A stretch of DNA of 54,189 nucleotides from Gammaproteobacteria bacterium (GTDB taxonomy: Bacteria > Pseudomonadota > Gammaproteobacteria > Magnimaribacterales > TMED112). This document shows positions 28,869 through 38,300 of this stretch, piece after piece. Position 1 is the first letter of the stretch, and each line of letters starts with the position of its first letter. Under the pieces are notes generated by a model. It saw nothing but the letters and a program-made list of their open reading frames with translations, ran no database searches and was not told the DNA's origin. A program made the translations under genes and the position numbers. The stretch lies in the NCBI GenBank assembly GCA_002716745.1, contig PBBW01000001.1, forward strand, positions 1 through 54,189, given 5' to 3'.

Positions 28869-29829
28869 AAAATCACTAATTGCTTTTTTTCTTATTGGAG
28901 CAGTCTACATATCATTAAAAGTTTTTTTGGGTCCATCCCAGAGCATAAAACCAATAAATCCTGAGCAATTATTTGTTATAAAAAAAGGGTCAACTTTTAA
29001 CGAAGTTTTGGATAATCTTTATGATCAGTTTGAGATTCAAAATCCTCTTTGGATAAAGATTTACTACAGGATTAAAGGCGTACCAAATATTCAAGCAGGA
29101 AGATATGATATTTCTACGGAGATTAAAATCAACAATCTTATTGAAAGGTTTATTGAGGGCGATGTAAAAAAATATAAATTTACAATTATTGAAGGCAGTA
29201 TAGCTAAGAATGCTTTAAGAAAATTAGAAAATATAATTACAAAAAATGAATTTGAAAATAAGCTTACTGATGGAATTAAAAAAGTTTTTTCATCAGAAGC
29301 ACAAATACTTCCAGATACATATATCTTCTCGGATATAGATGAGCTAGAAAATATCTTAATCACCTATCAAGATTATCTTAAAAGGTATTTAGACGAGATA
29401 TGGACTCAAAAGCCTGAGGGTAATCCATTAAAAAATAAGACAGAAGCTTTAGTTCTGGCTTCAATAATTGAACGTGAGGCTGTATTACTATCTGAGAAAC
29501 CACAGATTGCATCAGTCTTTTTATTTAGGCTTGTAAAAGGAATGAGGCTTCAAGCTGATCCAACTTCATCATATGGCTATTACGGAGACTTCAGTAAGAA
29601 AATTGGTCGGGCGGCGTTAGATGACAATAATATTTTTAACACCTATAGAATAAACGGATTGCCACCATCCCCAATATGTTTTCCATCAAAATCCTCCATA
29701 GAGGCAGCAATTAAATCTATTCCCAGTGACTACCTTTATTTTGTAGCAAGAGGGGATGGATCGCATGTTTTTTCAAAAAACTTAGAAGATCATAATAAAG
29801 CTGTGAAAAAATTCATTTCCGGTAAATAA
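28804..29829 (+). CDS. mltG: Endolytic murein transglycosylase MltG (YceG). The start is uncertain (TTG 28774, ATG 28804 or TTG 28846), and every candidate overlaps acpP
   Basis: N-terminal TM segment, YceG-like core ([17 protein letters not shown]...GLPP.PI), and the mltG-tmk-holB order. Confidence 0.8.
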   Translation: MTKQKKSRQSKVLLNGSKAIARKSLIAFFLIGAVYISLKVFLGPSQSIKPINPEQLFVIKKGSTFNEVLDNLYDQFEIQNPLWIKIYYRIKGVPNIQAGRYDISTEIKINNLIERFIEGDVKKYKFTIIEGSIAKNALRKLENIITKNEFENKLTDGIKKVFSSEAQILPDTYIFSDIDELENILITYQDYLKRYLDEIWTQKPEGNPLKNKTEALVLASIIEREAVLLSEKPQIASVFLFRLVKGMRLQADPTSSYGYYGDFSKKIGRAALDDNNIFNTYRINGLPPSPICFPSKSSIEAAIKSIPSDYLYFVARGDGSHVFSKNLEDHNKAVKKFISGK

Positions 29830-29836
29830 TATACGG

Positions 29837-30442
29837 ATGCTTATTTCCTTTGAGGGTATTGAGGGCTCAGGAAAGTCTACCCAAATTAAATTATTATCAG
29901 AAAAATTTGAAAAAAAAGGTTTGAAGGTAATTTGTGTTAGAGAGCCAGGGGGAACTTTAATAGGTGAAAAAATTCGAGATCTATTTCTAGAGGAAACAGA
30001 TGAGATATTTAATCCTCTTACTGAAGTCTTACTTCTTTACTCTTCAAGAAAGCAACTAGATGAGCAGATAATTAGACCAAATCTTGCAGAAGGCAATATC
30101 GTTATTGCCGATAGGTTCTATCATGCTACTATTGCCTATCAATGTTATGGGAAAGGTGTTGAAGTTGGTTTTGTTGAATATATCCATGAAAAACTTAATA
30201 TTTCTAAACCAAACTTATCAGTTCTAATAGATATAGATCCTCAACTTTCTAGACAAAGAATTTCTCAGAGAGACCCAGACAGAATGGAAAAGGAATCACT
30301 AGAGTTCTTTTCAAGAGTCCAAGAGGGATATAAGAGACTAGAAGAAAATAATAAAGATTTTGTGTCTATAGATGGCAAAAAAACAATAGAAAAAATTTCA
30401 GAAGAGATAGAAATTTTAATTGCAAAAAAATTGAATGTTTAG
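29837..30442 (+). CDS. tmk: Thymidylate kinase
   Basis: ISFEGIEGSGKSTQ P-loop and the DRF motif. Confidence 0.9.
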   Translation: MLISFEGIEGSGKSTQIKLLSEKFEKKGLKVICVREPGGTLIGEKIRDLFLEETDEIFNPLTEVLLLYSSRKQLDEQIIRPNLAEGNIVIADRFYHATIAYQCYGKGVEVGFVEYIHEKLNISKPNLSVLIDIDPQLSRQRISQRDPDRMEKESLEFFSRVQEGYKRLEENNKDFVSIDGKKTIEKISEEIEILIAKKLNV

Positions 30443-31238
30443 TTGGTATAAATCACATCTAGAAAATATCAAGGAAATAAAACCTAAATCTATTTTTTAT
30501 TCCTCTTATGGGGGGAGCTTAGAAGCAGTCCTTCAACAAATCATAAAATCAGAACTGTCAAAAGGCTTTAATTTAAAAATCAAAGACAATGCTTTGCTTT
30601 CCGAAATTGCATCTCCGAACTTTTTTTATCTTTCGAGATCTGAAGAAAAAAAAATTATCACATTAGAGCAAATTAGATCTGCTAAAGATTTTTTACTACT
30701 TAAAACAAACAAAAAAAAATACCTTTATATAGATGGTGGGCAGCATATTAGAATAAATGGCTATAATGCTTTGCTCAAAATTGCCGAGGAATCAGATGAC
30801 TCTGTAAATATTTGGATTATGACGAACTCCCTTGCATCAATACCAACTACAATTTTAAGTCGATTTCATAAAGTACGTTTTCCATCTCCAACCCAGCATG
30901 AAATCAAAACATTCCTTGAAAGTCGAAGCATTAATTATGATAGAGAAATACTTAGGTTTCTTTCAGAAAACCCTGCATTGCTTGAGGAGAATGATTCTAT
31001 TGAGCTGTTAAATAGTTTTAATAGTCTGGTTGAAAAGAAAGACATTTATCAAGTCGACAACAATAAGCTTGCACTCCTTGTTGATTATTTAATTTATCTA
31101 GCAAAGCAAGACATAAAAGAAAAACCTAAAAGAGCCTTTAAAAGCTTAGATATATTGTTAGATGTGAAAAAATGCTTATCTTTACCAAATAATCTAAGTC
31201 TTGATGTAATAAAACTAAGAATTAATTCTAGTCTCTAG
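30435..31238 (+). CDS. holB: DNA polymerase III delta-prime subunit (divergent and short)
   Basis: NALLKIAEES and TILSRFHKVRF correspond to the NALLKTLEEP and SRC motifs. Lies after tmk. Confidence 0.65.
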   Translation: MFSWYKSHLENIKEIKPKSIFYSSYGGSLEAVLQQIIKSELSKGFNLKIKDNALLSEIASPNFFYLSRSEEKKIITLEQIRSAKDFLLLKTNKKKYLYIDGGQHIRINGYNALLKIAEESDDSVNIWIMTNSLASIPTTILSRFHKVRFPSPTQHEIKTFLESRSINYDREILRFLSENPALLEENDSIELLNSFNSLVEKKDIYQVDNNKLALLVDYLIYLAKQDIKEKPKRAFKSLDILLDVKKCLSLPNNLSLDVIKLRINSSL

Positions 31239-32730
31239 AGGGTCTTGGAAAAAAATTATTTTCTTGCTCAAAACTAAAAGCAAAATTTATAATTTTTGCC
31301 TCCTCCCATGCTCCACCTAAAAAAGAAACCCCTACTGGAAGCCCATTTACAAAGTCTAGCGGGATGGTAATGTGAGGATAGCCTGCAACAGCAGAGAGCC
31401 CCCCATTTCCAAAACTTAGCCCTCCGTTGCTTGTTCTGGAGTCACCATTAATATGATCTGTTTTCCAGACAGGATTTCTTGTAAGGCCAACGAGAGCATC
31501 CAAACCATTCTCTAAAATCAATGTATCAATCTGGTTCCTTGCTCGTGTAACTACTAGATCTCTCGATTTAATATATCTTTCTTTATCGGTTGCTTGAATA
31601 CTATCTAAAAAGATTTCGTGACCAAAATGCTTAAGAACTTTTTCTGAATTTTCTTTATTAAAATCTATTAAGTCATTAAGGCTTTTTCGCATTGAATTTG
31701 AACTCTTCAAATATTTTTCTATACCCTCATGAAATTCATAGAGAAGTAAATAATATTCATCTTCGAATTTATAATCACTAACAACTTCAAAACTAACCCT
31801 TTGGACGTTTGCACCCAACTTTTCAAGAATTCTTTGGGTTTTATTTAAAAGTTTTACTTCGACATCAGACATTTCATCTTTGATAAGTAGGCCAATATTT
31901 TTATTTTCAAGTGACTGGTTGGTTAAATTGATTAATGCATCATAATCATAATCATCTGGGATATTTTTTGTGGCAGAATCTTTCGGATCGTAACCTGATA
32001 TTGCTTTAAGCACTTTTGCTGCTTCTAAAACACTTCTTGCCATTGGTCCTGCTGTATCCTGAGTTGCCGAAATGGGAATAATTCCATCTCTACTAACCAG
32101 ACCAACTGTGGGTTTAATCCCAACCACTCCATTGCTTGAAGCAGGGCAACTAATTGATCCATTTGTTTCCGTGCCTATCGCGAGTGGAACAAGACCTTCA
32201 GCAACGGCAGCAGCACTTCCTGAGCTTGATCCACAGGGGTTATATTCTAGATTGTAGGGGTTATTGGTTTGTCCTCCAAAGCTTGACCATCCACTCGAGG
32301 ACGGATTTCCTCTAAAATTTGCCCATTCAGATAAATTTGCCTTACCAACAACCACTAGACCTGCTTTTTTCAATTTAGATACTATTTGCGAATCATTTCT
32401 TGGAAGATTGTTTAGTAAAGCTAGGGATCCAGCTGTATTCGGAAGACCAACAGAATCGATATTGTCCTTAATTAATATCGGAACTCCATTTAATCCAAGT
32501 TGATCTGCGTTGACATATTCAAACTTTAGATCAGATGATGAGTATAAAGAAATTATAGAGTTTACTGCACTATCATTAGCTTCCAAATAATCAATGTAGG
32601 AGAAGTATAATTCTTCGAGATTATCAGAGGAGTTTACAAGTTCGTTAAATTCTTTTGTTGAGAGATCTTTAAAATCATCAGCAGAATAAACAATTAAGGA
32701 AAAAAAGAGAAAAAGGGTTTTAAATTTCAT
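31228..32730 (-). CDS. Secreted amidase-signature (AS) family amidase
   Basis: Signal peptide and AS family motifs ([12 protein letters not shown]-like [22 protein letters not shown]). Confidence 0.8.
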   Translation of the reverse strand: MKFKTLFLFFSLIVYSADDFKDLSTKEFNELVNSSDNLEELYFSYIDYLEANDSAVNSIISLYSSSDLKFEYVNADQLGLNGVPILIKDNIDSVGLPNTAGSLALLNNLPRNDSQIVSKLKKAGLVVVGKANLSEWANFRGNPSSSGWSSFGGQTNNPYNLEYNPCGSSSGSAAAVAEGLVPLAIGTETNGSISCPASSNGVVGIKPTVGLVSRDGIIPISATQDTAGPMARSVLEAAKVLKAISGYDPKDSATKNIPDDYDYDALINLTNQSLENKNIGLLIKDEMSDVEVKLLNKTQRILEKLGANVQRVSFEVVSDYKFEDEYYLLLYEFHEGIEKYLKSSNSMRKSLNDLIDFNKENSEKVLKHFGHEIFLDSIQATDKERYIKSRDLVVTRARNQIDTLILENGLDALVGLTRNPVWKTDHINGDSRTSNGGLSFGNGGLSAVAGYPHITIPLDFVNGLPVGVSFLGGAWEEAKIINFAFSFEQENNFFPRPSRD

Positions 32731-32785
32731 CTTACTATCTTAATAAATAATTATTGTTTGTGCTTGTATTTAAAGTAAAGAAAGT

Positions 32786-32811
32786 AAGCACATGAACGAA
32801 TTCATGTGCTT
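32786..32811 (-). terminator. Hairpin (11-bp stem, AAGCACATGAA-cgaa-TTCATGTGCTT) just downstream of the EF-hand ORF
   Basis: Perfect inverted repeat read from the sequence. Only a moderately U-rich tail follows on the minus strand. Confidence 0.5.
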
Positions 32812-32816
32812 GAAAA

Positions 32817-33050
32817 TTAACAGCCTCTAAATGCGGTTTTTCTTCCCTTCCTAACTTCTCTAGGATTCAAGAAGCCATCTTTATCTTTGTCAGCAATATT
32901 GAAAAGGCTTAGGTTGAGCTCACAACCTTGGAGCCTTATTTCTTCCGGAGAGATTTTACCATCTCCATTGCTATCAAATTTAGCCATTCTGTCATCAGCC
33001 ACTGCTAAAGATGAAACAGCTAGTAAAAAGTAAAACGTAAAATTTTTCAT
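32817..33050 (-). CDS. Small secreted protein with two EF-hand calcium-binding loops
   Basis: Signal peptide plus DSNGDGKISPEE and DKDKDGFLNPRE loops. Confidence 0.7.
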   Translation of the reverse strand: MKNFTFYFLLAVSSLAVADDRMAKFDSNGDGKISPEEIRLQGCELNLSLFNIADKDKDGFLNPREVRKGRKTAFRGC

Positions 33051-33120
33051 AGTATTTCCTTATTTCATGTAGTAAATTTCTATCTCAACTCTAACTAAAA
33101 AGAATATTAGAAAGAGGGGC

Positions 33121-33178
33121 GAGAGAGGTCGTTATACCACTAGGTAGGGGCCATGGGAATTATCTCAAGACCTCTCTC
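33121..33178 (-). terminator. Long hairpin between amtB and the EF-hand ORF: 10-bp GC-containing stem GAGAGAGGUC/GACCUCUCUC with a 38-nt loop
   Basis: Perfect 10-nt inverted repeat 10 nt after the amtB stop, followed on the minus strand by GCCCCUCUUUCUAAUAUUCUUUUU. Confidence 0.4.
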
Positions 33179-33187
33179 TGTATTTAT

Positions 33188-34414
33188 TTACTCAAATTCA
33201 GGGTAAGCTTCTACTCCAATTTCTTCTGAATCCAAACCTTTTTTCTGGATTTCATCTGAAGATCTTACTGGAGAGACCATATTCACAAGGAATAGGAATG
33301 CGTAAGTTAAAACAAATCCCCAAACTAGTATGGAAGCAACACCAAGTGCTTGAGCACCAAAGGTAGCCTCAGAGTTTGTAAATGGAACAACCATTACACC
33401 AAAGATTCCTGCTGTTCCGTGAGCAGAAATGGCTCCCACAGGATCATCTATCTTCAATACTTGCTCTAGAAGAACTAGCGATCCATAACAAAGTAAACCA
33501 CCTATTGCTCCAATAAGGACAGCTTCATAGCCAGAAGGTGTATCAGGAGCCGCTGTAATAGCTACTAATCCTGAAATGGCTCCATTCAAAGCATAAATGA
33601 TATTGGTTTTTCCAAAAAATATTCTTGATACTAATAAACAAGCAATTACACCGCCTGATGCTGCCATATTTGTATTCAGGAAGACTTGAGCAACAGCATT
33701 GGCATTACTTGCATCGTTAACAGCTAATTGAGACCCTCCATTGAATCCAAACCAACCCAACCAAAGGATGAATGTACCAAGCGCTGCTATCGGAATATTT
33801 GAGCCATAGAGTTTATTAACTCCACCGCTTGATGAATATTTTCCTACTCTAGGCCCAATAAATATTGCAGCTGCTAATGCACATGCTGCTCCTGCTAAGT
33901 GAACTGTTCCTGAGCCTGCAAAGTCTGAATAACCTGCTGCATTCAGAAAACCTGAACCCCAGTTCCAAAAACCTTGTATTGGATAAATCACACCTGCAAT
34001 AAATGCTGCAAGGGCAAAGAAAGGCCATTGATTCATTCTCTCTGCAATTGCACCTGAAACTATTGAAACTGCTGTTGCAACAAAAACTACTTGAAAGAAG
34101 AAGTCAGCTGCATCTGCATACCCTAGATCTTCATTCATTCCAAAATCTTCTTGTCCATTAAGCCCAAATCCAAAATCGTATGGTGGTATAATTCCACCTG
34201 CATTTGCTCCAGGATACATGACCATAAAGCCACACAAGAGGTACATGAAACAAGCAATTGAATATAACCCAATATTTTTGGTTACAATTTCAGCAGTATT
34301 TCTTCTTCTAACGAATCCAGCTTCAAGCATTGTAAAGCCCGCAGCCATCCACATTACCAATGCACCTGTCATTAACAAGTAAAAGGTATTTAACGCGTAA
34401 TCTATTTCAGCCAT
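33188..34414 (-). CDS. amtB: Ammonium transporter, Amt family
   Basis: Polytopic membrane protein with Amt signatures (DFAGSGTVH, GWFGFNGGS, AISAHGTAGI). Confidence 0.95.
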   Translation of the reverse strand: MAEIDYALNTFYLLMTGALVMWMAAGFTMLEAGFVRRRNTAEIVTKNIGLYSIACFMYLLCGFMVMYPGANAGGIIPPYDFGFGLNGQEDFGMNEDLGYADAADFFFQVVFVATAVSIVSGAIAERMNQWPFFALAAFIAGVIYPIQGFWNWGSGFLNAAGYSDFAGSGTVHLAGAACALAAAIFIGPRVGKYSSSGGVNKLYGSNIPIAALGTFILWLGWFGFNGGSQLAVNDASNANAVAQVFLNTNMAASGGVIACLLVSRIFFGKTNIIYALNGAISGLVAITAAPDTPSGYEAVLIGAIGGLLCYGSLVLLEQVLKIDDPVGAISAHGTAGIFGVMVVPFTNSEATFGAQALGVASILVWGFVLTYAFLFLVNMVSPVRSSDEIQKKGLDSEEIGVEAYPEFE

Positions 34415-34423
34415 AATGTCTCC

Positions 34424-35023
34424 TTAAAAAGATGCTCCGACAGTAAAAAACAATCCATCTTCATCTTCTAATCCTGATGCATCTTCTGCTGTAAAAGAGC
34501 TGTAATTAATTGAAGCATCGTAATCACCTAGTGAAAAACCGTATCCTAGAAGGAAATTGCTTCCAGTATCCTCATAATCTCCATAGGAAACTGAAAAATC
34601 TCCAACCCCATAAGATATATCATAGTAATCACCAAATTCATCGCCTACGTAATAGGTAAAGCCTAATCCAGAATATGAAAGACCGATATAAGTCTCAGAG
34701 AAATCTGCACTCGGTGAGACTTCCGGATATGCATAATTGATGTATCCTACATCAAAACCAAGACCACCCTCAGTTTCACCTGCATACCCAAAATATGTAT
34801 CGAGCTCTAATCCAGCTCCGCCAAATGCAACATTTGATCCCCAAGTTCCAGCATAAAAGCCGCTCTCAGAGCTATAATCAAAACCACCACTGTAACCGGG
34901 AGCATCCATAGTCTGAGTCATCCCTCTCCAGAAGTAGTTTGATGAAAAAGTAAAGTTTGAAGAAACCTCTCCAAATACATTTAATGTCAAGAAAATGACA
35001 ATTGTCATAATTCCTTTTTTCAT
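34424..35023 (-). CDS. Small outer-membrane beta-barrel protein (TorF/TIGR02001-like putative porin) co-transcribed with amtB
   Basis: Signal peptide, Gly/Tyr/Phe-rich alternating strands, and a C-terminal ...GASF. This family is commonly adjacent to nitrogen transport genes. Confidence 0.6.
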   Translation of the reverse strand: MKKGIMTIVIFLTLNVFGEVSSNFTFSSNYFWRGMTQTMDAPGYSGGFDYSSESGFYAGTWGSNVAFGGAGLELDTYFGYAGETEGGLGFDVGYINYAYPEVSPSADFSETYIGLSYSGLGFTYYVGDEFGDYYDISYGVGDFSVSYGDYEDTGSNFLLGYGFSLGDYDASINYSSFTAEDASGLEDEDGLFFTVGASF

Positions 35024-35088
35024 AAAATCTCCTTAAAAAAATAAGTGTGATAAGAATGAAAAGGATTAAACCCTACATAGTTTTGTAG

Positions 35089-35140
35089 CCGCGTTCCTTC
35101 AGCTTTCGCTTACTTCCGTCCTCTACTGAGGATGAACGAT
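35089..35140 (-). ncRNA. Glutamine riboswitch aptamer (glnA RNA motif type) in the leader of the porin-amtB operon
   Basis: Minus-strand RNA is AUCGUUCAUCCUCAGUAGAGGACGGAAGUAAGCGAAAGCUGAAGGAACGCGG. P1 is CGUUC/GAACG, the hairpin is UCCUC-AGUA-GAGGA, the conserved core is ACGGAAGUA, and a short GAAA-capped stem precedes the conserved GAAGGAACGCG. Confidence 0.75.
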
Positions 35141-35150
35141 TTAGACGCTG

Positions 35151-35226
35151 CCCCTTTATAGCCATGGAGAATGGTTTAACTTTTAACCCATGTTATATGG
35201 GCTCCTTTTAACCCATGGAGTATGGG
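35151..35226 (-). ncRNA. Array of three contiguous ~25-nt hairpin/pseudoknot modules (candidate novel structured leader element)
   Basis: Minus-strand modules are CCCAU-ACUCC-AUGGG-UUAAAA-GGAG, CCCAU-AUAAC-AUGGG-UUAAAA-GUUA and CCAU-UCUCC-AUGG-CUAUAAA-GGGG. In each, 4 nt of the loop are complementary to the 4 nt after the A-rich linker. Confidence 0.4.
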
Positions 35227-35274
35227 GATGTAAACATCTTCTTTATAAACACTATTTATAAATCTTCATAATCA

Positions 35275-35303
35275 AAACTAATGCCTAAGAATAAAAAAGT
35301 CAA
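35275..35303 (-). promoter_or_regulatory. Candidate sigma-70 promoter for the leader/porin/amtB transcript (TTGACT-17 nt-TAGTTT)
   Basis: Hexamers and spacing read on the minus strand. AT-rich context makes chance matches likely. Confidence 0.25.
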
Positions 35304-35313
35304 GTAAAAAAAA

Positions 35314-35321
35314 TGTATAAT
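35314..35321 (+). promoter_or_regulatory. Candidate extended -10 element (TGTATAAT) for gltBD
   Basis: TGnTATAAT match about 33 nt upstream of the gltB ATG, with a weak -35. Confidence 0.3.
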
Positions 35322-35353
35322 CAAATATAAGGGCAATTATATTAAAAGTATCC

Positions 35354-38300
35354 ATGAGTAATAAACCATCACATAAAGACAATTGCGGTACAGGGGTAAT
35401 ATTCAGTAAAACAAACACTCCTAGCAATTCCATAATTTTTCGCTCATTGCTATCACTCTCTAAAATGAAACACAGAGGAGCTGTTAGTCACGACGGAGAG
35501 ACTCCAGATGGCTGTGGAATTTTGATTGATTTAGATAGAAAATTTTTTCAAAAAGTTCTGCTGGATGAACAAAAAATAATTCTTCCCTCAAACTTTGCCG
35601 TAGGTGTTTTTTTTGTAAATAATCAATTCAATTTCTATGAAACCATTGAAAAAATTTGTAATGAACACGACGTTGATATAATCGCTAAAAGAGAGATAAA
35701 TACCGATAAAAAACTTTTAGGAAATGTTGCTGCAAAATCATGCCCTTCAATTTATCAATTGTTTGTAAAGCCAAAAAAAGAGGAGAGTGGTGGCCTTGAA
35801 ATAAATCTTTACAAAATAAAGAAATTGGTAGATAAAAAGTTTAATCCAGAAAACGAAATTTATTGTGTGAGTCTCTCTTCTCAAACAATAGTTTATAAAG
35901 GGCTAGTTCAACCAAAAAATTTCTCCAAGTTTTATACAGATTTGTCCACTAAGGAGCATGTTTCAGCATCTGCTGTGTTCCATATTAGATTCTCTACAAA
36001 TACCTCTCCAAAATGGCACCTTGCCCAGCCATATAGGGTCCTCGCACACAATGGTGAGATTAATACTATTTCAGGTAATCGTAACTGGGCTCACGCAAGG
36101 ACTAAAATCTTCTCATCAGATAAACTAGGAAATTTAAATGCTTATGAGCCGCTTATAGGTCAGACAGGTTCTGACTCATCCTCACTAGACCATATTTTGG
36201 ATCTTTTTACGAATGGAGGAATAAATATTGGGAGGGCAGCAAGAATGCTTATACCCCCCTCGTGGCAAAATACTGATTTAATGGATGCTGATGAAAAGGC
36301 TTTCCATGAATACAATTCCATGCACATGGAAGCCTGGGATGGTCCAGCCTTTGTATGTTATCAAAACAAGGATTTTACATCGTGCTTTCTAGATAGAAAT
36401 GGGTTAAGACCAGCAAGAATTGAAATTTTTGATGATGATACTGTTAGCGTTGCTTCTGAGGTAGGCTCAAACTATATAGATGATGTTAAACCCATTAATA
36501 CAGGAAGACTTGGGCCAGGAGGCTTACTTCTTTTTGATAGAAAAAATATAAATCTCCTTTTGGATGAGGACGTAGATAAAATGCTTTCAAAAAGCAATCC
36601 ATACAGAGAGTGGTTAAAACAAAAGTCAAAACATCTTGAAGCTAACCTTCATGAGTACTCGGGACCACAAATGAGAGAGATTTCAGACGCATACTTCAAT
36701 GATTCGGCAAAGACATTTCAACTTTCACAAGAAGAAATAAATACTTTGTTTCAATATTCTGAACATGGTGGGGAGCCTACTGGATCAATGGGGGATGATA
36801 CTCCAATTGCACCTTTAAGTAATAAAATCAGGTCAATTTATGATTATTGTCGCCAAAGATTTGCCCAAGTTACTAACCCACCAATTGACTCATTACGGGA
36901 AAAATCTGCAATGTCATTGGAAACATGTATAGGTCCAGAATTAAATATTTTTCAAGAGACCTCAGAACATGCTGAGAGAATTGTGGTTAACTCTCCAATC
37001 TTATCTCATAAAAAATTTAACCTACTGATTAAGAATAAAAAATTTAAAACTTCTCGTTTTTCATTGGAGTACGATCGAAGCGAACAGCTTGAAGATGCAA
37101 TGAAAAATTTACTCACTGAAATTATAAATTCAGTCCAGAGCGGATGCAGCATTATAGTGCTAGATGAAAAGCAAACAACAAAAAATAAACCAGTTATTAA
37201 TGCATTATTAATGACTTCAGCACTTCATCATGAATTAATAGAAAAAAATCTTCGTGTTAAGGCAAACATTATTGTGAATACTGCTTCCGCTAGAGATAAC
37301 CACCAAATAGCTTGCTTAATTGGCTTTGGTGCAACCTGTGTACATCCGTGGCTTGGGCTTCAAACTATCCTGAAACAGTCTCATAAATCTAGGACGGATT
37401 TTTCAACATCGGAATTGTGTGTGTCGTACAGAAAGTCACTAAATAAAGGTTTATTAAAAATTATGTCAAAAATGGGCATCTCTAACGTTTCAAGCTATAG
37501 AGGAGCTGGTCTTTTTGAGGTGGTTGGCCTATCTGATAAGATAAATAACATCTGCTTCCCCAAAAATTTCTCATACATAAAGGGCGAGTGTTTTCAGGAC
37601 TTTCATGCAAAAGCTTTAGCAGTTATTGATTGTAATGTAGACGATAATATTATTGCTAAGGGTCTTCATAAATATGTTCATGGTGGTGAACAACATGCGT
37701 ACAACCCAGATACAGTTACAAGCCTTCAGAACTCTTTAAAAAATAATTCATTCAAGGAATTTAGAAAATTTACATCCACAATCGATAATAGAACCCCTCT
37801 TGCCGTTAGGGATTTTTTTGAGTTTCGTTCCAACAAACCATCAATAAATGTAAATGATGTCGAACCTATTGAATCAATTCTGAAAAGATTCGATTCAGCA
37901 GGAATGAGTTTAGGGTCATTATCTCCAAAAGCACATGAGACCTTAGCTGCTGCAATGAATGGGCTTGGATGTAGATCTAATTCAGGTGAGGGTGGTGAAG
38001 ATGTAAAAAGGTATGGCACTAATATCGAGTCTAAAATCAAACAAGTTGCATCTGGAAGATTTGGAGTCACACCTAATTATTTAGCAAATGCAGAAGTTAT
38101 ACAAATTAAAATTGCCCAAGGTGCTAAGCCTGGTGAGGGTGGGCAGCTTCCTGGATCAAAAGTGGACTCCTACATCGCTGGACTTCGTTATTCTAAACCT
38201 GGAATTACATTAATTTCTCCCCCGCCACACCATGATATTTATTCAATAGAGGATCTAGCCCAATTAATATTTGACTTAAAAGAGGTCAATCCAAAGGCTA

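Noticed and set aside
35151-35226. preQ1-I type riboswitches, as suggested by the small hairpin plus A-rich tail pseudoknot shape
   Set aside because: The loops are only 5 nt and are almost fully used by the pseudoknot pairing. The conserved preQ1-I loop and tail nucleotides are absent, and the genomic context is nitrogen transport, not queuosine.
35164-35280. Two tiny plus-strand ORFs (MENGLTFNPCYMGSF and MEYGDVNIFFINTIYKSS) as leader peptides for gltB
   Set aside because: They have no Shine-Dalgarno sequence. The ATGs arise from the CCATGG hairpin stems, and the likely gltB promoter lies downstream of them.
35272-35286. Sigma-54 promoter (GGCAT-N-TTGA) on the minus strand for the amtB operon
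   Set aside because: The -12 element reads GA rather than the near-invariant GC, so it fails the GG-N10-GC rule.
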